This document shows positions 21,533 through 31,611 of a DNA stretch of 64,000 nt, one piece after another; position 1 is the first letter of the stretch; every line of letters begins with the position of its first letter. A program made the translations under genes and the position numbers. The notes beneath the pieces were generated by a model. The model was given only the letters and a program-made list of their open reading frames with translations, was not told the origin of the DNA and did not search any database. Source of the stretch: Verrucomicrobiia bacterium (GTDB taxonomy: Bacteria; Verrucomicrobiota; Verrucomicrobiia; Limisphaerales; UBA1319); NCBI GenBank assembly GCA_963664225.1, contig OY760937.1, positions 2,592,001-2,656,000 on the forward strand, written 5' to 3'.

Positions 21533-23227
21533 GTGTTCATAAGAAAATTACAAGGTCCCGTCTGTTTTACGAGAACCGCCAATGCCACGAGGTTGATGCT
21601 CATTGTCCTATTGCTGGCATTACCCGCCGCGCTGCTGGCCCAATTCGATTACACGACGAATGACGGCGCGATCACGATCACGAATTATACCGGCGGCGAA
21701 GGCGCGGTCACCGTCCCGGATGTGATCGACGGCCTGCCGGTCACCAGAATCGCCAACAATGCGTTTCTTTCCTGCTACGGGCTGACCAACATCATGATTG
21801 GCGGCAGCGTGACCAACATCGGGGCCGCGGCGTTCAATGGCTGCACGAATCTGGGGGCCATCACCATGGACGACCTCAATCCTGTTTATGCGAGTCTGGC
21901 CGGGGTTTTGTTCGATAAGAATCTGACCGCGCTCATTCAATATCCGGTTGGCCACGGTGCAGACTATACGATCCCCGGCAGTGTCACCCGCATCGGGGCC
22001 GCGGCATTCTACAATTGCACCGGTCTGACCAACATCCTGATCGGCGACAGCGTCACCCGCATCGGTAATAGCGCGTTCTACAACTGCAGCGGTCTGACCC
22101 AGCTCACGCTTCCCAACAGCGTCACCAACATCGGGGCCGGGGCGTTCTCAAGCTGCGCCAGTCTGACTGACATCGCGATTCCCGACAGTGTGATCGAACT
22201 CCAGGATGGGACGTTCGACAATTGCTCCAGTCTGACCAACGTGACGATCCCCGATGGCGTTGCCAACATTGGGAATTATGCGCTCTCCGGGTGCGCGAGC
22301 CTGACCGCCGTGGAGCTCCCCAACGGAGTCACCAACATCGGGGTTGGAGCCTTTTCCAACTGCTCGAGCCTGACCAATATCGCGGTTCCCAACGGCGTTA
22401 CCAACATCGGGGCGGCGGCGTTTGCGAACTGCTACAACCTCACCAACATCACGCTGCCCGGCAGCGTTGCCAGCATCGGGTGGAACGCGTTCGGGAATTG
22501 CACCAACCTGGCGAGCATGACGATCCCCGACTGCGTCACCACCATCAACAACGAAACTTTCCGATGTTGTTACAACATGACCAATGTCACATTTTTAGGG
22601 AGTAACATTACCAGCATCGGATCCGGGGCCTTTGGGGATTGCACCTTGCTGAGCGGCGTCGCGATCCCCAACGGCGTCATCAGCATCGGGGATGGCGCGT
22701 TCTCCTGGTGTCGGAGTCTGACCAACGTCACGATACCCGAGAGCCTGACCAGCATTGGGACCGAATCGTTCAATTATTGCACCAGCCTGACCAACCTCAC
22801 GATACCAAACAGCGTCACCCGCATTGGAGATGGCGCGTTCGCCGGATGCAGCGGCCTGACCGGCATTTTTTTCGAAGGCAACTCCCCCAGCGTGGGTTCC
22901 TCTCCATTCGTTTATGCCGAACGTGTGACCGTCTATTACCTGCCGGGAACCACGGGCTGGGAGGCGACCTTTGGGGGGCGTCCGACCGCATTGTGGAATC
23001 CGGAGCCGCTTACCATCGATGCGAGCCTTGGCCGACCGACCAATTACTTCGGATTCAACATCACCGGTGCCAGCAACCTGGTTGTCGTTGTGGAAGGCTG
23101 CACCAATCTGACCAGTCCCACCTGGTTCCCGCTCCAAACCAACACGCTCACCGACGGTATTTTCTATTTCAGCGATCCTGAGTGGACCAATTATTCCGGA
23201 CGGTTCTATCGGTTGCGCGTGCCGTGA
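21533..23227 (+). CDS. BspA-type LRR surface protein 3
   Basis: signal peptide ending ALLA|QF; LRR_5 repeats; ends RFYRLRVP; start uncertain. Confidence 0.92.
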   Translation: MFIRKLQGPVCFTRTANATRLMLIVLLLALPAALLAQFDYTTNDGAITITNYTGGEGAVTVPDVIDGLPVTRIANNAFLSCYGLTNIMIGGSVTNIGAAAFNGCTNLGAITMDDLNPVYASLAGVLFDKNLTALIQYPVGHGADYTIPGSVTRIGAAAFYNCTGLTNILIGDSVTRIGNSAFYNCSGLTQLTLPNSVTNIGAGAFSSCASLTDIAIPDSVIELQDGTFDNCSSLTNVTIPDGVANIGNYALSGCASLTAVELPNGVTNIGVGAFSNCSSLTNIAVPNGVTNIGAAAFANCYNLTNITLPGSVASIGWNAFGNCTNLASMTIPDCVTTINNETFRCCYNMTNVTFLGSNITSIGSGAFGDCTLLSGVAIPNGVISIGDGAFSWCRSLTNVTIPESLTSIGTESFNYCTSLTNLTIPNSVTRIGDGAFAGCSGLTGIFFEGNSPSVGSSPFVYAERVTVYYLPGTTGWEATFGGRPTALWNPEPLTIDASLGRPTNYFGFNITGASNLVVVVEGCTNLTSPTWFPLQTNTLTDGIFYFSDPEWTNYSGRFYRLRVP

Positions 23228-23394
23228 GATGGAGGGAAACTACCCACGTATTGAAAGGGAGAAGCGACAAAGCCGCAATGCGCCCCGTGACAATCTTTTA
23301 GCGCAATTCGATTTGACAGCGGGATACGCTTCTGAAACTCTGCAGTTTCGCTGGTCTGTTGTTCTTGTCGGAATAATAAGTGGAGGAACATTAC

Positions 23395-25605
23395 GTGTCG
23401 CACAATAAAAAAACGAAGTGTGCTTTTGCCTGGAAATTGGTTGCACTGCTGGCGTTTCTGCTTGTCTGCCAACCTGGCCAGACTCTCGGCCAGACTTATG
23501 ATTACTTCAAATACTCGGTCAGTGGCAGCAACGTGACAATTACAGGGTACTTCGGCCTTGGTGGCGCGGTCACAATACCCGACTCAATACCGGAAGTGGG
23601 AACAGTCACCTCCATCGAAAAGAACGCGTTCTTGAATTGCACCAGCCTGACCTACATCACCATTCCCAGCAGCGTCATCACCATAGGAGACGCAGCGTTC
23701 GCCAGATGCACTGGTCTGACCGGCGTCACCATCCCCAGCAGCGCCGCCTCTATCGGAGATCGGGCGTTCGCCTTCTGCAGCAGCCTAATTGCCATTAATG
23801 TAGATTCAAACAACGCTTCCTATAGCAGTCAAAACGGTGTGCTTTTCAACAAGAGCCAGACAGTGCTCGTTCAGTATCCTGGAGGAATTAAAGGGACATA
23901 CACCATCCCCAACAGCGTCACATCCATCGGAGTTGCGGCGTTCCTCGCCACTGGCCTGACCGGCATCTCAATCCCCAACAGTGTCACCTCCATCGGAACC
24001 TACGCGTTCAACTGGTGCATCGATCTGACCGACATCACCATCCCTAACAGTGTCACCACAATTGGAAACGGAGCGTTCGGAGGCTGCACCAGTCTGATCA
24101 GCGTCACCATCCCTAACAGTGTCACCTCCATCGGAGACTACGCGTTCTCCGGTTGTTTCAGCCTGACAAACATCACCATCCCTAACGGAGTCACCTCTAT
24201 TGGAAACTACGCGTTTGGAGACTGTATCGGTCTGACCAGCATCATCATTCCAAATAGCGTAACCTCCCTGGGTGGCGGGGCATTCCAAAAATGTGCCGGT
24301 CTGACCAGTATCACCCTCCCTAACAGCGTCACATACATCGGAGACTGGACGTTCTATGGCTGCACCGACCTGACCAGCGTTACCATCCCCAGCAGCGTCA
24401 CCTCCATCGGAGGCAGTGCATTCGAAACCTGCACCGGCCTGACCAGCATTACCATACCAAACAGCGTCATCTCCATAGGTGATGCGGCGTTCGCCAACTG
24501 CGCCGGCCTGACCAACATCACCTTCCTGAACAGCGTGACATCCATTGGAGCGTTCGCGTTCAACAATTGCACGGGTTTGACCAACATCACCATCCCCAGT
24601 AGCGTTACCTCCATAAAATACGAGGCATTCGGCAGATGCACCGGCCTAATTGCCTTTAATGTTGATTCAAACAACGCTTCCTATAGTAGTCAAAACGGTG
24701 TGCTTTTCAACAAAAGCCAGACAGCGCTCCTTCAGTATCCTCAAGGGATTAACGGAACATACACGATTTCCAACAGCGTCACCTCCATCGGAGTGATGGC
24801 GTTCGAAAACTGCACCGGCCTGACCGGCATTACCATACCAAACAGCGTCACCAACATAGATGCGGGGGCATTCTTTAGCTGCAGCGGTCTGACAAACATC
24901 ACGATCCCCAACAGTGTCACCTCCATTGGTGGCGGGGCATTCGAAAGCTGTACCGGTCTGACCAGTATCACCATCCCCAACAGTGTCGGCTCCATCGGAG
25001 ACTACGCATTCTTCAGTTGCACGGGCCTGACCCACATCACCGCCCTCAGTGGCGTCACCAACATCGGAGACAGCGCATTCTACAGTTGCACAGGTCTGAC
25101 AAACATAACGATCCCCAACAGCGTCACCTCCGTCGGAGAGCTGGCGTTCGCATGGTGCACCAGCCTGACCAGCGTCACCATCCCCAATAGTGTCACCTCC
25201 ATCGGAGGCTGGGCGTTCGAACGGTGCGCCAACCTGACCAGTGTCTATTTCCAGGGTAACGCTCCCAGTCTTGGAGGGTATGTTTTTGACGGCAGCCAGT
25301 ATACGACCGTCTATTACTTGCCCGGCACCACAGGATGGAGCACGGATTTTGGTGGTCTTCCGACGACATTATGGAATCCAATGCCTCTGGCTGGGGACAG
25401 CCGCTTTGGCGTGCGCACAAATCAGTTTGGATTTCAGATCACTGGTGCCAGCGGCATCATGGTCGTTGTGGAAACAGCCAGCACTCTGACCAATCCCATT
25501 TGGATACCTGTGCAAACAAACATCCTGGCCGGGGGAATAGCCGATTTTAGCGATCCCCAGTGGACGAATTATACCAGCAGGTTTTATCGTTTTCGCATGC
25601 CGTGA
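23395..25605 (+). CDS. BspA-type LRR surface protein 4
   Basis: GGAGG at 23382-23386 before GTG 23395; signal peptide; LRR_5 repeats; ends RFYRFRMP. Confidence 0.92.
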   Translation: MSHNKKTKCAFAWKLVALLAFLLVCQPGQTLGQTYDYFKYSVSGSNVTITGYFGLGGAVTIPDSIPEVGTVTSIEKNAFLNCTSLTYITIPSSVITIGDAAFARCTGLTGVTIPSSAASIGDRAFAFCSSLIAINVDSNNASYSSQNGVLFNKSQTVLVQYPGGIKGTYTIPNSVTSIGVAAFLATGLTGISIPNSVTSIGTYAFNWCIDLTDITIPNSVTTIGNGAFGGCTSLISVTIPNSVTSIGDYAFSGCFSLTNITIPNGVTSIGNYAFGDCIGLTSIIIPNSVTSLGGGAFQKCAGLTSITLPNSVTYIGDWTFYGCTDLTSVTIPSSVTSIGGSAFETCTGLTSITIPNSVISIGDAAFANCAGLTNITFLNSVTSIGAFAFNNCTGLTNITIPSSVTSIKYEAFGRCTGLIAFNVDSNNASYSSQNGVLFNKSQTALLQYPQGINGTYTISNSVTSIGVMAFENCTGLTGITIPNSVTNIDAGAFFSCSGLTNITIPNSVTSIGGGAFESCTGLTSITIPNSVGSIGDYAFFSCTGLTHITALSGVTNIGDSAFYSCTGLTNITIPNSVTSVGELAFAWCTSLTSVTIPNSVTSIGGWAFERCANLTSVYFQGNAPSLGGYVFDGSQYTTVYYLPGTTGWSTDFGGLPTTLWNPMPLAGDSRFGVRTNQFGFQITGASGIMVVVETASTLTNPIWIPVQTNILAGGIADFSDPQWTNYTSRFYRFRMP

Positions 25606-25617
25606 GGTGGAACGCGG

Positions 25618-27498
25618 TTATTTTGAGTTTAAACGAGTCCGCAGCTTTGTGGCGTTCCCGTTGTAGAGTTTTTTCAGAATGTCGTCGTTGAGGCCGAGGC
25701 CGTTCAAAGACCAGTGATAGGTGGAGAAATTCCAATCGTAGAAATGCTCGTCCTCGGTTTCCAGAATCCGAAACGTGGTGCGATACATTTCAGGATCGGT
25801 GCCCATGTCCGTGCCGTAAAACAGACGGTCCTGGTAACGGTTGAAGAAACGGGAGGCGTTGTGCGGGATGGGGGCGATTTCCGCCATGCGCGCGCCGATA
25901 TCCGCGTAAAGATTCGGATGGCGATCCAGCAGCGCAGCCAGCTTTGAGAGGTCATAACAGCAGTTGGCAAAGTGACAGGCGATGAAGATTGTGCGGGGAT
26001 GCTTTTTGACGGTCCGGTCGAGGGTGGCAATGACTTCGTCGTGTTCGAGAATGCCGGGTTTGCGAACGATCCGCCATGTGAAGGCGTTCATCAGGCCGTC
26101 GTTGGTCGCATCCATCGGCTCATACATCCAGCGGTCTTCGCCCACATGAATGTTCACGGGCAAGCCCAAGTCCGCGCATTTTTCGAGGATCGCGTCCATG
26201 CGCGCGTCATCCATGTGCATGCCGCCGGAGTTGCCGACCAACCCGCCTCCCTTATCGCTGAGTTCGCCGACGCCCACGGCGCCGGCCTTGCGACAGCGTT
26301 CCAATTCGGCAATGGCTGCGGGACCGAATCCCGGCTGGTCATAGCCGGTGAAATCAATGCCACACCAGACTTCGAATCGGTCCGGGTGTTTCATAAATCG
26401 GGCTGCAGCGTCGTCAAACGATTTGCCGGTGGTCCCCAGCATCACCACGGTTTTTTCAAGCCCCACGGCATCCATGTTTTTAATCCACTGCTCCACATTG
26501 GGCTCCGTCTTCGCATAGGCATGGGAGTGCATGTCGATGACCGGAAAACGGGCCTTCTCCACACGCGTCTGAGGAATCTTATAAATGGAATGGGGGCGAT
26601 ATTGCTCCAGCAGCAGCTTGTCCGGCGAAATGGGGGTTTGCGCGCAAGCGGTGGCAGCGGCCAGACCAAGACAGGCCGCGAGGCTCAGCGTGCGCTTCCA
26701 GAAGAAATTGAGCACGGAATGTCTGGCGGCGGTCTGGTGATGCGCAATGGCCTGGGTGATGAATTCCTTGGCGTGGGCGACGGCCTTTGCCAGTTGCATT
26801 CGGCGCGCGCAGCAGGCGGTGATGGCGGCGGAATAGGTGCAACCGGTGCCGTGGGTGGAAACGCCCTTGATGAACGGGGCCTCCAGGAACCATTCCCCGC
26901 CCTGCCCGTGAAAGAAATCGATGGCCTGTTTGGAGTCGCGCAGGTGGCCGCCTTTGACGAGCGCCGCGCAGCCGTAGAGTTCATGAATTTCCCGGGCGGC
27001 GGCACGGGCGGCATCGATGGAAGCGATTTTGCGGCCGATCAGGATTTCGGCCTCGTCGATATTCGGCGTGACCAGGGTGGCCAGAGGAAGGAGTTCGCGC
27101 TTGAGGGTGGCGATGGCCCCGGGTTTGAGGAGAGGCGCGCCGCTGGTGGCGACCATGACGGGATCGACGATGAGGGGCAGGCCGCGCGGAGCGAGAGTTT
27201 TCAGGGAGGCGGCGACCGCGCGAATGATTTCCTCGGAGTAAAGCATCCCGGTTTTGACGGCGGCCGGGGGCAGCTCCGCAAAGACGGCTTCGATTTGCAG
27301 GCGAACCATGGCGCTGGCGCAGGGATGAATGCCCAGGACGGCTTTGGGGTTCTGCGCGGTCAGGCAGGTGATGGCGCTGGTGCCGTGGGTTCCCAGGGCG
27401 GCAAAGGTCTTTAAATCGGCTTGAATGCCGGCGCCGCCGCCGCTGTCCGAGCCGGCAATGGTCAGGGCGATGGGAATGGAACCTTGAGAGCGTTTCAT
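25618..27498 (-). CDS. thiD: HMP/HMP-P kinase ThiD fused to an amidohydrolase (Amidohydro_2-like) via an internal signal peptide
   Basis: LTIAGSDSGGGAGIQADLKT, VKTGML, DPVMVATSG, TPNIDEA, THGTGC (ThiD); IDMHSH, IHVGE, CHFAN, YGTD (amidohydrolase). Confidence 0.9.
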   Translation of the reverse strand: MKRSQGSIPIALTIAGSDSGGGAGIQADLKTFAALGTHGTSAITCLTAQNPKAVLGIHPCASAMVRLQIEAVFAELPPAAVKTGMLYSEEIIRAVAASLKTLAPRGLPLIVDPVMVATSGAPLLKPGAIATLKRELLPLATLVTPNIDEAEILIGRKIASIDAARAAAREIHELYGCAALVKGGHLRDSKQAIDFFHGQGGEWFLEAPFIKGVSTHGTGCTYSAAITACCARRMQLAKAVAHAKEFITQAIAHHQTAARHSVLNFFWKRTLSLAACLGLAAATACAQTPISPDKLLLEQYRPHSIYKIPQTRVEKARFPVIDMHSHAYAKTEPNVEQWIKNMDAVGLEKTVVMLGTTGKSFDDAAARFMKHPDRFEVWCGIDFTGYDQPGFGPAAIAELERCRKAGAVGVGELSDKGGGLVGNSGGMHMDDARMDAILEKCADLGLPVNIHVGEDRWMYEPMDATNDGLMNAFTWRIVRKPGILEHDEVIATLDRTVKKHPRTIFIACHFANCCYDLSKLAALLDRHPNLYADIGARMAEIAPIPHNASRFFNRYQDRLFYGTDMGTDPEMYRTTFRILETEDEHFYDWNFSTYHWSLNGLGLNDDILKKLYNGNATKLRTRLNSK

Positions 27499-27639
27499 GA
27501 TCGAAAGATGGATGGTTCCAGACGCCGAATCAATACCGCATTATTCGGCCTGGGCGATGGATATTTGGACGGCTGGCGGGATTGAAGAGATTTCGACTGG
27601 GATATTGATGGCGGACGATGGGGCGCGTAAATTGAGGGC

Positions 27640-28728
27640 ATGAAAACCATCCCACTTCAGCGGGCGCTTTGCAGCCTGCTTTCAGCATGGATCATTACCA
27701 CGGCATGTCTTGGGGCCGATCCCGGAGGCACCGCCAATCCCAACGCCTCCCCGGACGCCCGGGCGGTTTTGAAATATTTTCAGGATATTTCCAAACGCAC
27801 GAATAAACGGGTCATTTCGGGGCAATTCACGGATTTTGGCACCGGTGCCAGCCTTCGACTGATGGAGGATATTCACACGAAGACCGGGCACTGGCCGGGT
27901 CTGCTGGGGGCGGATTATGCGGATTTTGGAAAGGGAGGTTTGCTTTGCGACAAGGCGAACGCGGCGGCCATCGCCTACTGGAGAGAAGGCGGATTGGTGA
28001 CGCTCAGCGCGCACCTGTATAATCCGGCGAATCCCAAGGGGGGCGGGTTGAGGGACAAAGGGGTGGACCTGGCCACGCTGCTGGAGCCTGGGGAAACGCA
28101 TGATCGCTGGATGCGCCAGTTGGACCAGTTGGCGGGAGGGTTGCAGGAGTTGAAAGAGGCGGGCGTGGTGGTGCTGTGGCGGCCATTTCACGAGATGAAC
28201 GGTGACTGGTTCTGGTGGGGTCGCCAGGATCCCGCCACGTTCATCAAGGTATGGCGGCATATGTTCGATTACTTTTCCACGACCAAAAAACTCGATCATT
28301 TGCTGTGGGTTTATGGTCCCAATCACGGGGAGAAAACGGCGGCTTACTATGCCGGCGACGCTTATGTGGACCTGACGGGTCTGGATGCCTACACGGACTT
28401 CATCGATCCGCAGCACATCAAGGGGTATGCCGAAGTGGCGGCGTTGGGCAAGCCGTTCGGCTTTACGGAATACGGTCCCCATGGCCCCCAGGATCCACCG
28501 GGCGATTACGATTACCGGCGGTTTATTGCGGGCATTGAGAAGGATTTCCCGGCGACCTGCTTTTTCATGAGCTGGAATGGGAAATGGAGCCTGGCACGGA
28601 ATACCAACGAGAAAGAACTGCTGGAGAACCGGTTAATCATCAATCGCGAGGATTTGCCAAAGGATCTGTGGACCACGGCCGCTCCGGCCAAATCGACGGA
28701 AGAGAAGCCGACGGAAGAGAAGAAATAG
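27640..28728 (+). CDS. glycoside hydrolase family 26 (beta-mannanase-like)
   Basis: signal peptide; LWRPFHEMNGDWFWWG acid/base motif; KPFGFTEYG nucleophile motif. Confidence 0.92.
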   Translation: MKTIPLQRALCSLLSAWIITTACLGADPGGTANPNASPDARAVLKYFQDISKRTNKRVISGQFTDFGTGASLRLMEDIHTKTGHWPGLLGADYADFGKGGLLCDKANAAAIAYWREGGLVTLSAHLYNPANPKGGGLRDKGVDLATLLEPGETHDRWMRQLDQLAGGLQELKEAGVVVLWRPFHEMNGDWFWWGRQDPATFIKVWRHMFDYFSTTKKLDHLLWVYGPNHGEKTAAYYAGDAYVDLTGLDAYTDFIDPQHIKGYAEVAALGKPFGFTEYGPHGPQDPPGDYDYRRFIAGIEKDFPATCFFMSWNGKWSLARNTNEKELLENRLIINREDLPKDLWTTAAPAKSTEEKPTEEKK

Positions 28729-28757
28729 GCTTCAAGTGGGCCATGTCCCGTGTTCAT

Positions 28758-28794
28758 AAAAAAGCCGGGCGGAAATGAATCCGTCCGGCTTTTT
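28758..28794. terminator. bidirectional intrinsic terminator
   Basis: AAAAAAGCCGGGCGGA-AATGAA-TCCGTCCGGCTTTTT between convergent genes. Confidence 0.85.
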
Positions 28795-28822
28795 CGCTGA
28801 AAAGGAAACCTGAAACAGGCGG

Positions 28823-30328
28823 CTATTTCTTAATGGTGACGCTGATCTGGTGGCGCTCGAGCGTGGAGCCTTCCGCCAGCGACAGAGTGGCCAGGGCCTT
28901 ATTATAGGAGGCCAGGGCGGAGATCTCGTTGGATTCGGCAGCGGTCAGGTCCCGTTGAATCTGGAGGACTTCGTAGCTGGTGCTCTTGCCGTTCTCGTAG
29001 AGCTTCTGTTGAGCATCGAGGGCGGCCTCGGCATAGACGCGGGCATCGCGGGTGGAAGTCACGCTATCCAGCGAGGTTTGGGCATCCTTGACGGCGTTGT
29101 CGATGTTGACCAAGACTCTCTGCTCCAACTGCTTGAGTTGCAGCAATATTTGCTGTTTTTGCGCCTTCGAAGTTTTGTAACTGTAGCGGGCCCTTTTGTT
29201 GGTCAAAGGGAAGCTCAAGACCGCGCCATAGGAATAGCTGGGGCTGCTTCCCTCTTCCATCTGGCCGAGCACGCCACCGTAATCCCGCATGATGCCATTG
29301 GCTCCGCTATGGCCGTAGCTTCCGGTAAGGTCCAGCTCTGGAAATAATTGATTGCGGCTGAAACGCAGCTCGATGTCCTTGCTCTCGACATCCAACCGGG
29401 CCTGCTGGAGGTCGGGGCGCATGGTCATGCCTTTGTGCCAGCTATCCTGAAGGCTAAAGGCTTGGGGAATGGCCTCAAGTTTGGCGGCCGGCTCCACATC
29501 GATGGACGACCATTGGGAATAATTGTCGTGGATCAACTGTTTGAGGACATTTTGCTGAACCTGGACCTGCTGGCGGGCCTTGAGCAAAGCGGACTTGGTG
29601 GTGGCCATCTGGGATTCGGCCTGTTTTTCCGAGAGGGGGGCCAATGCGCCCAATTCGACGCGCTTTTTGTTTTCCTGGTAGAGCTTTGTGGCCAGTTCGA
29701 GCGCCTTTTCCTGAACTTTCACCATTTCACGGGCGCTGATCAGGTCGTAGTACCCGTTTTCAACGCTGGTGATGGTGTTCATGATGACGTAGCCCACATT
29801 GATGTCGGACTTCTCCAACGCCTTTTTGCTGACCGCGATGGTGTAGCGGGCATTGTCGATCCAAAAATTTTTCAAGAGCGGCTGAGTCAGCGAAATATTG
29901 GCGCCGCCCGAAGAACTCTCATAAGGCAAGGTGCCGCGAGAACCGTAGCTTTCATTGATATTCCCATTCAACGAATAGGTGGTGCCGCTGGGCAAAAGGC
30001 CACCCAGAGAAGTCTGGTAGTAGTTGGCATCGTTTACTCCGCCCGGGATGTTGAGTCGCGTGGTGCGGTCAATGCTGCTGGGCGACATGTTGAAGGCGTG
30101 GTTGCCGCTGACGCTGAAATTGGGGTCGTACGCCGCATAGCCCATGCTGACGGCATAACGGGCAATTCCGGGATTCAGCCGCTCGATCTGCACGTCCAGG
30201 TTGTGTTCCAGGGCGGACTTCACACAGTCGTCCATGGACATGGTGCGCACTTTGGGCGCTTCGGCGTCAGCCGCCATGCAGGCGGCCACTCCGGCCCATA
30301 AGCCAAGAATAATAGACTGAACTCGCAT
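28823..30328 (-). CDS. TolC-family outer-membrane efflux protein
   Basis: start MRVQSII at 30328; ALEHNLDV, LTQPLLKN, RPDL, FPELDL.GSY, YENGKST.YEVLQ. Confidence 0.9.
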   Translation of the reverse strand: MRVQSIILGLWAGVAACMAADAEAPKVRTMSMDDCVKSALEHNLDVQIERLNPGIARYAVSMGYAAYDPNFSVSGNHAFNMSPSSIDRTTRLNIPGGVNDANYYQTSLGGLLPSGTTYSLNGNINESYGSRGTLPYESSSGGANISLTQPLLKNFWIDNARYTIAVSKKALEKSDINVGYVIMNTITSVENGYYDLISAREMVKVQEKALELATKLYQENKKRVELGALAPLSEKQAESQMATTKSALLKARQQVQVQQNVLKQLIHDNYSQWSSIDVEPAAKLEAIPQAFSLQDSWHKGMTMRPDLQQARLDVESKDIELRFSRNQLFPELDLTGSYGHSGANGIMRDYGGVLGQMEEGSSPSYSYGAVLSFPLTNKRARYSYKTSKAQKQQILLQLKQLEQRVLVNIDNAVKDAQTSLDSVTSTRDARVYAEAALDAQQKLYENGKSTSYEVLQIQRDLTAAESNEISALASYNKALATLSLAEGSTLERHQISVTIKK

Positions 30329-30503
30329 GAGTTGCACAGAATGATATATTTTGCCAAATTCGTCAATAAAGCATGCGGGCGCATTCCGCGTTGCGCCGCC
30401 GGGAACGGATCTCAGGTTTATAGACACCGCACACAGGCCCAAGGTTTCAATTATTTCCAAATTTTGAAAACCGCCCAAATCCCTGGTGCCATGCGGGGGA
30501 AGC

Positions 30504-30557
30504 GGCAGGGCGAGAAGGCTCGGCGGGAGCCTCGCCCTACCAAGCCTCGCCTTACCA
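30504..30557. repeat. GTAG-type REP palindrome with partial duplication
   Basis: minus strand reads GGTAGGGCGAGGCTCCCGCCGAGCC; plus-strand hairpin 30504-30541; AGCCTCGCCTTACCA partial copy at 30543-30557. Confidence 0.6.
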
Positions 30558-30624
30558 ATACGACTGGCTGCGCACATTCTCTTTGCCGCGGACGAAGTTC
30601 CCGGCGACAGTCGACCTGAAATTG

Positions 30625-31596
30625 ATGAAGACACATCGATTGCTGGTTCTCAGCGACATACATTATTCGAGCCCGGGCGAAACGGAACGGGGGCACCCGG
30701 AGAATGCAGTGATCCGCAACCCGCTGCTGCGGATTTCCGCGCGTATGTTCCGCCATTTCATATGGTTGCGCGATCCGCATGGCCACAATTCGCTGCTGGA
30801 TGCCTTCATGGCCGAGGCCGGGGAACCGGATATCGTGGTGGCGGTGGGGGATTACTCGATCGATTCGGCCTTCATCGGGGTCAGCGACGACGCGGCCTGC
30901 GCAAGCGTGCGGGGGTGTCTGGACAAGTTGCGCGGGCGGTTTGGATCGCGCTTTCTCGCGGTGCCCGGCGATCATGAGTTGGGCAAAATGAGTTTGTTTG
31001 GCGGGGCGGGCGGGCCGCGGCTGGCGAGTTGGGAGCGGATGCGGGGTGAATTGGGGCTTCGTCCTTTCTGGCAGCATGACCTGGATGCGCATCGTCTGGT
31101 GGGGGTGACGTCCACGCTGGTTTCCCTGCCGGTTTTCGAACCGGAAATCCTGCCTGAAGAATGGCCCGCGTGGGAGGCCTTGCGGGAGATGCACATGGAA
31201 GACATCCGGAAGGCGTTCGACACGCTGGAGCCTGGGCGGCGCATAATTCTTTTTTGCCACGATCCAACCGCCCTGCCCTTTTTGTGGCTTGAGGAATCGG
31301 TGCGCCGCCGGGCGGCGCAGATCGATCTGACGATGATCGGCCATTTGCACTCGAACCTGATTTTCTGGAAAAGCCGGGTTCTGGCGGGAATGCCCGCGAT
31401 CCCATTTTTGGGCAATTCCATCCGGCGGATGAGCGGGGCCTTGAACCGGGCGAAGGATTGGCAGCCATTCAAACCGGTGCTCTGCCCCTCGCTGGCGGGC
31501 ATCGAGATGCTCAAGGACGGAGGGTATTACGAGCTGGAGCTGGATCCCTCGGCGCAAACGGGGCCGCGGCTGCATTTGATGCCGCTAAAACGCTAG
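30625..31596 (+). CDS. calcineurin-like metallophosphoesterase
   Basis: LSDIH, VAVGD, PGDHE, FCHDP, GHLH motifs. Confidence 0.85.
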   Translation: MKTHRLLVLSDIHYSSPGETERGHPENAVIRNPLLRISARMFRHFIWLRDPHGHNSLLDAFMAEAGEPDIVVAVGDYSIDSAFIGVSDDAACASVRGCLDKLRGRFGSRFLAVPGDHELGKMSLFGGAGGPRLASWERMRGELGLRPFWQHDLDAHRLVGVTSTLVSLPVFEPEILPEEWPAWEALREMHMEDIRKAFDTLEPGRRIILFCHDPTALPFLWLEESVRRRAAQIDLTMIGHLHSNLIFWKSRVLAGMPAIPFLGNSIRRMSGALNRAKDWQPFKPVLCPSLAGIEMLKDGGYYELELDPSAQTGPRLHLMPLKR

Positions 31597-31611
31597 AAAC
31601 GGATTAGTTGA

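Noticed and set aside
18956..23238. 9-10-bp matches (TGGAGCCAA, ATGGAGGGAA) to the tRNA-Thr 3' region as att sites
   Set aside because: Too short and non-contiguous; several such hits are expected by chance in 64 kb.
14640..25605. CRISPR array or diversity-generating retroelement explaining the 69-bp periodic repeats
   Set aside because: Repeats are in-frame coding LRR units; no cas or reverse-transcriptase gene; no template/variable pair with adenine-only differences seen.
27499..27639. TPP riboswitch upstream of thiD
   Set aside because: The conserved CUGAGA core was not found on the coding strand.
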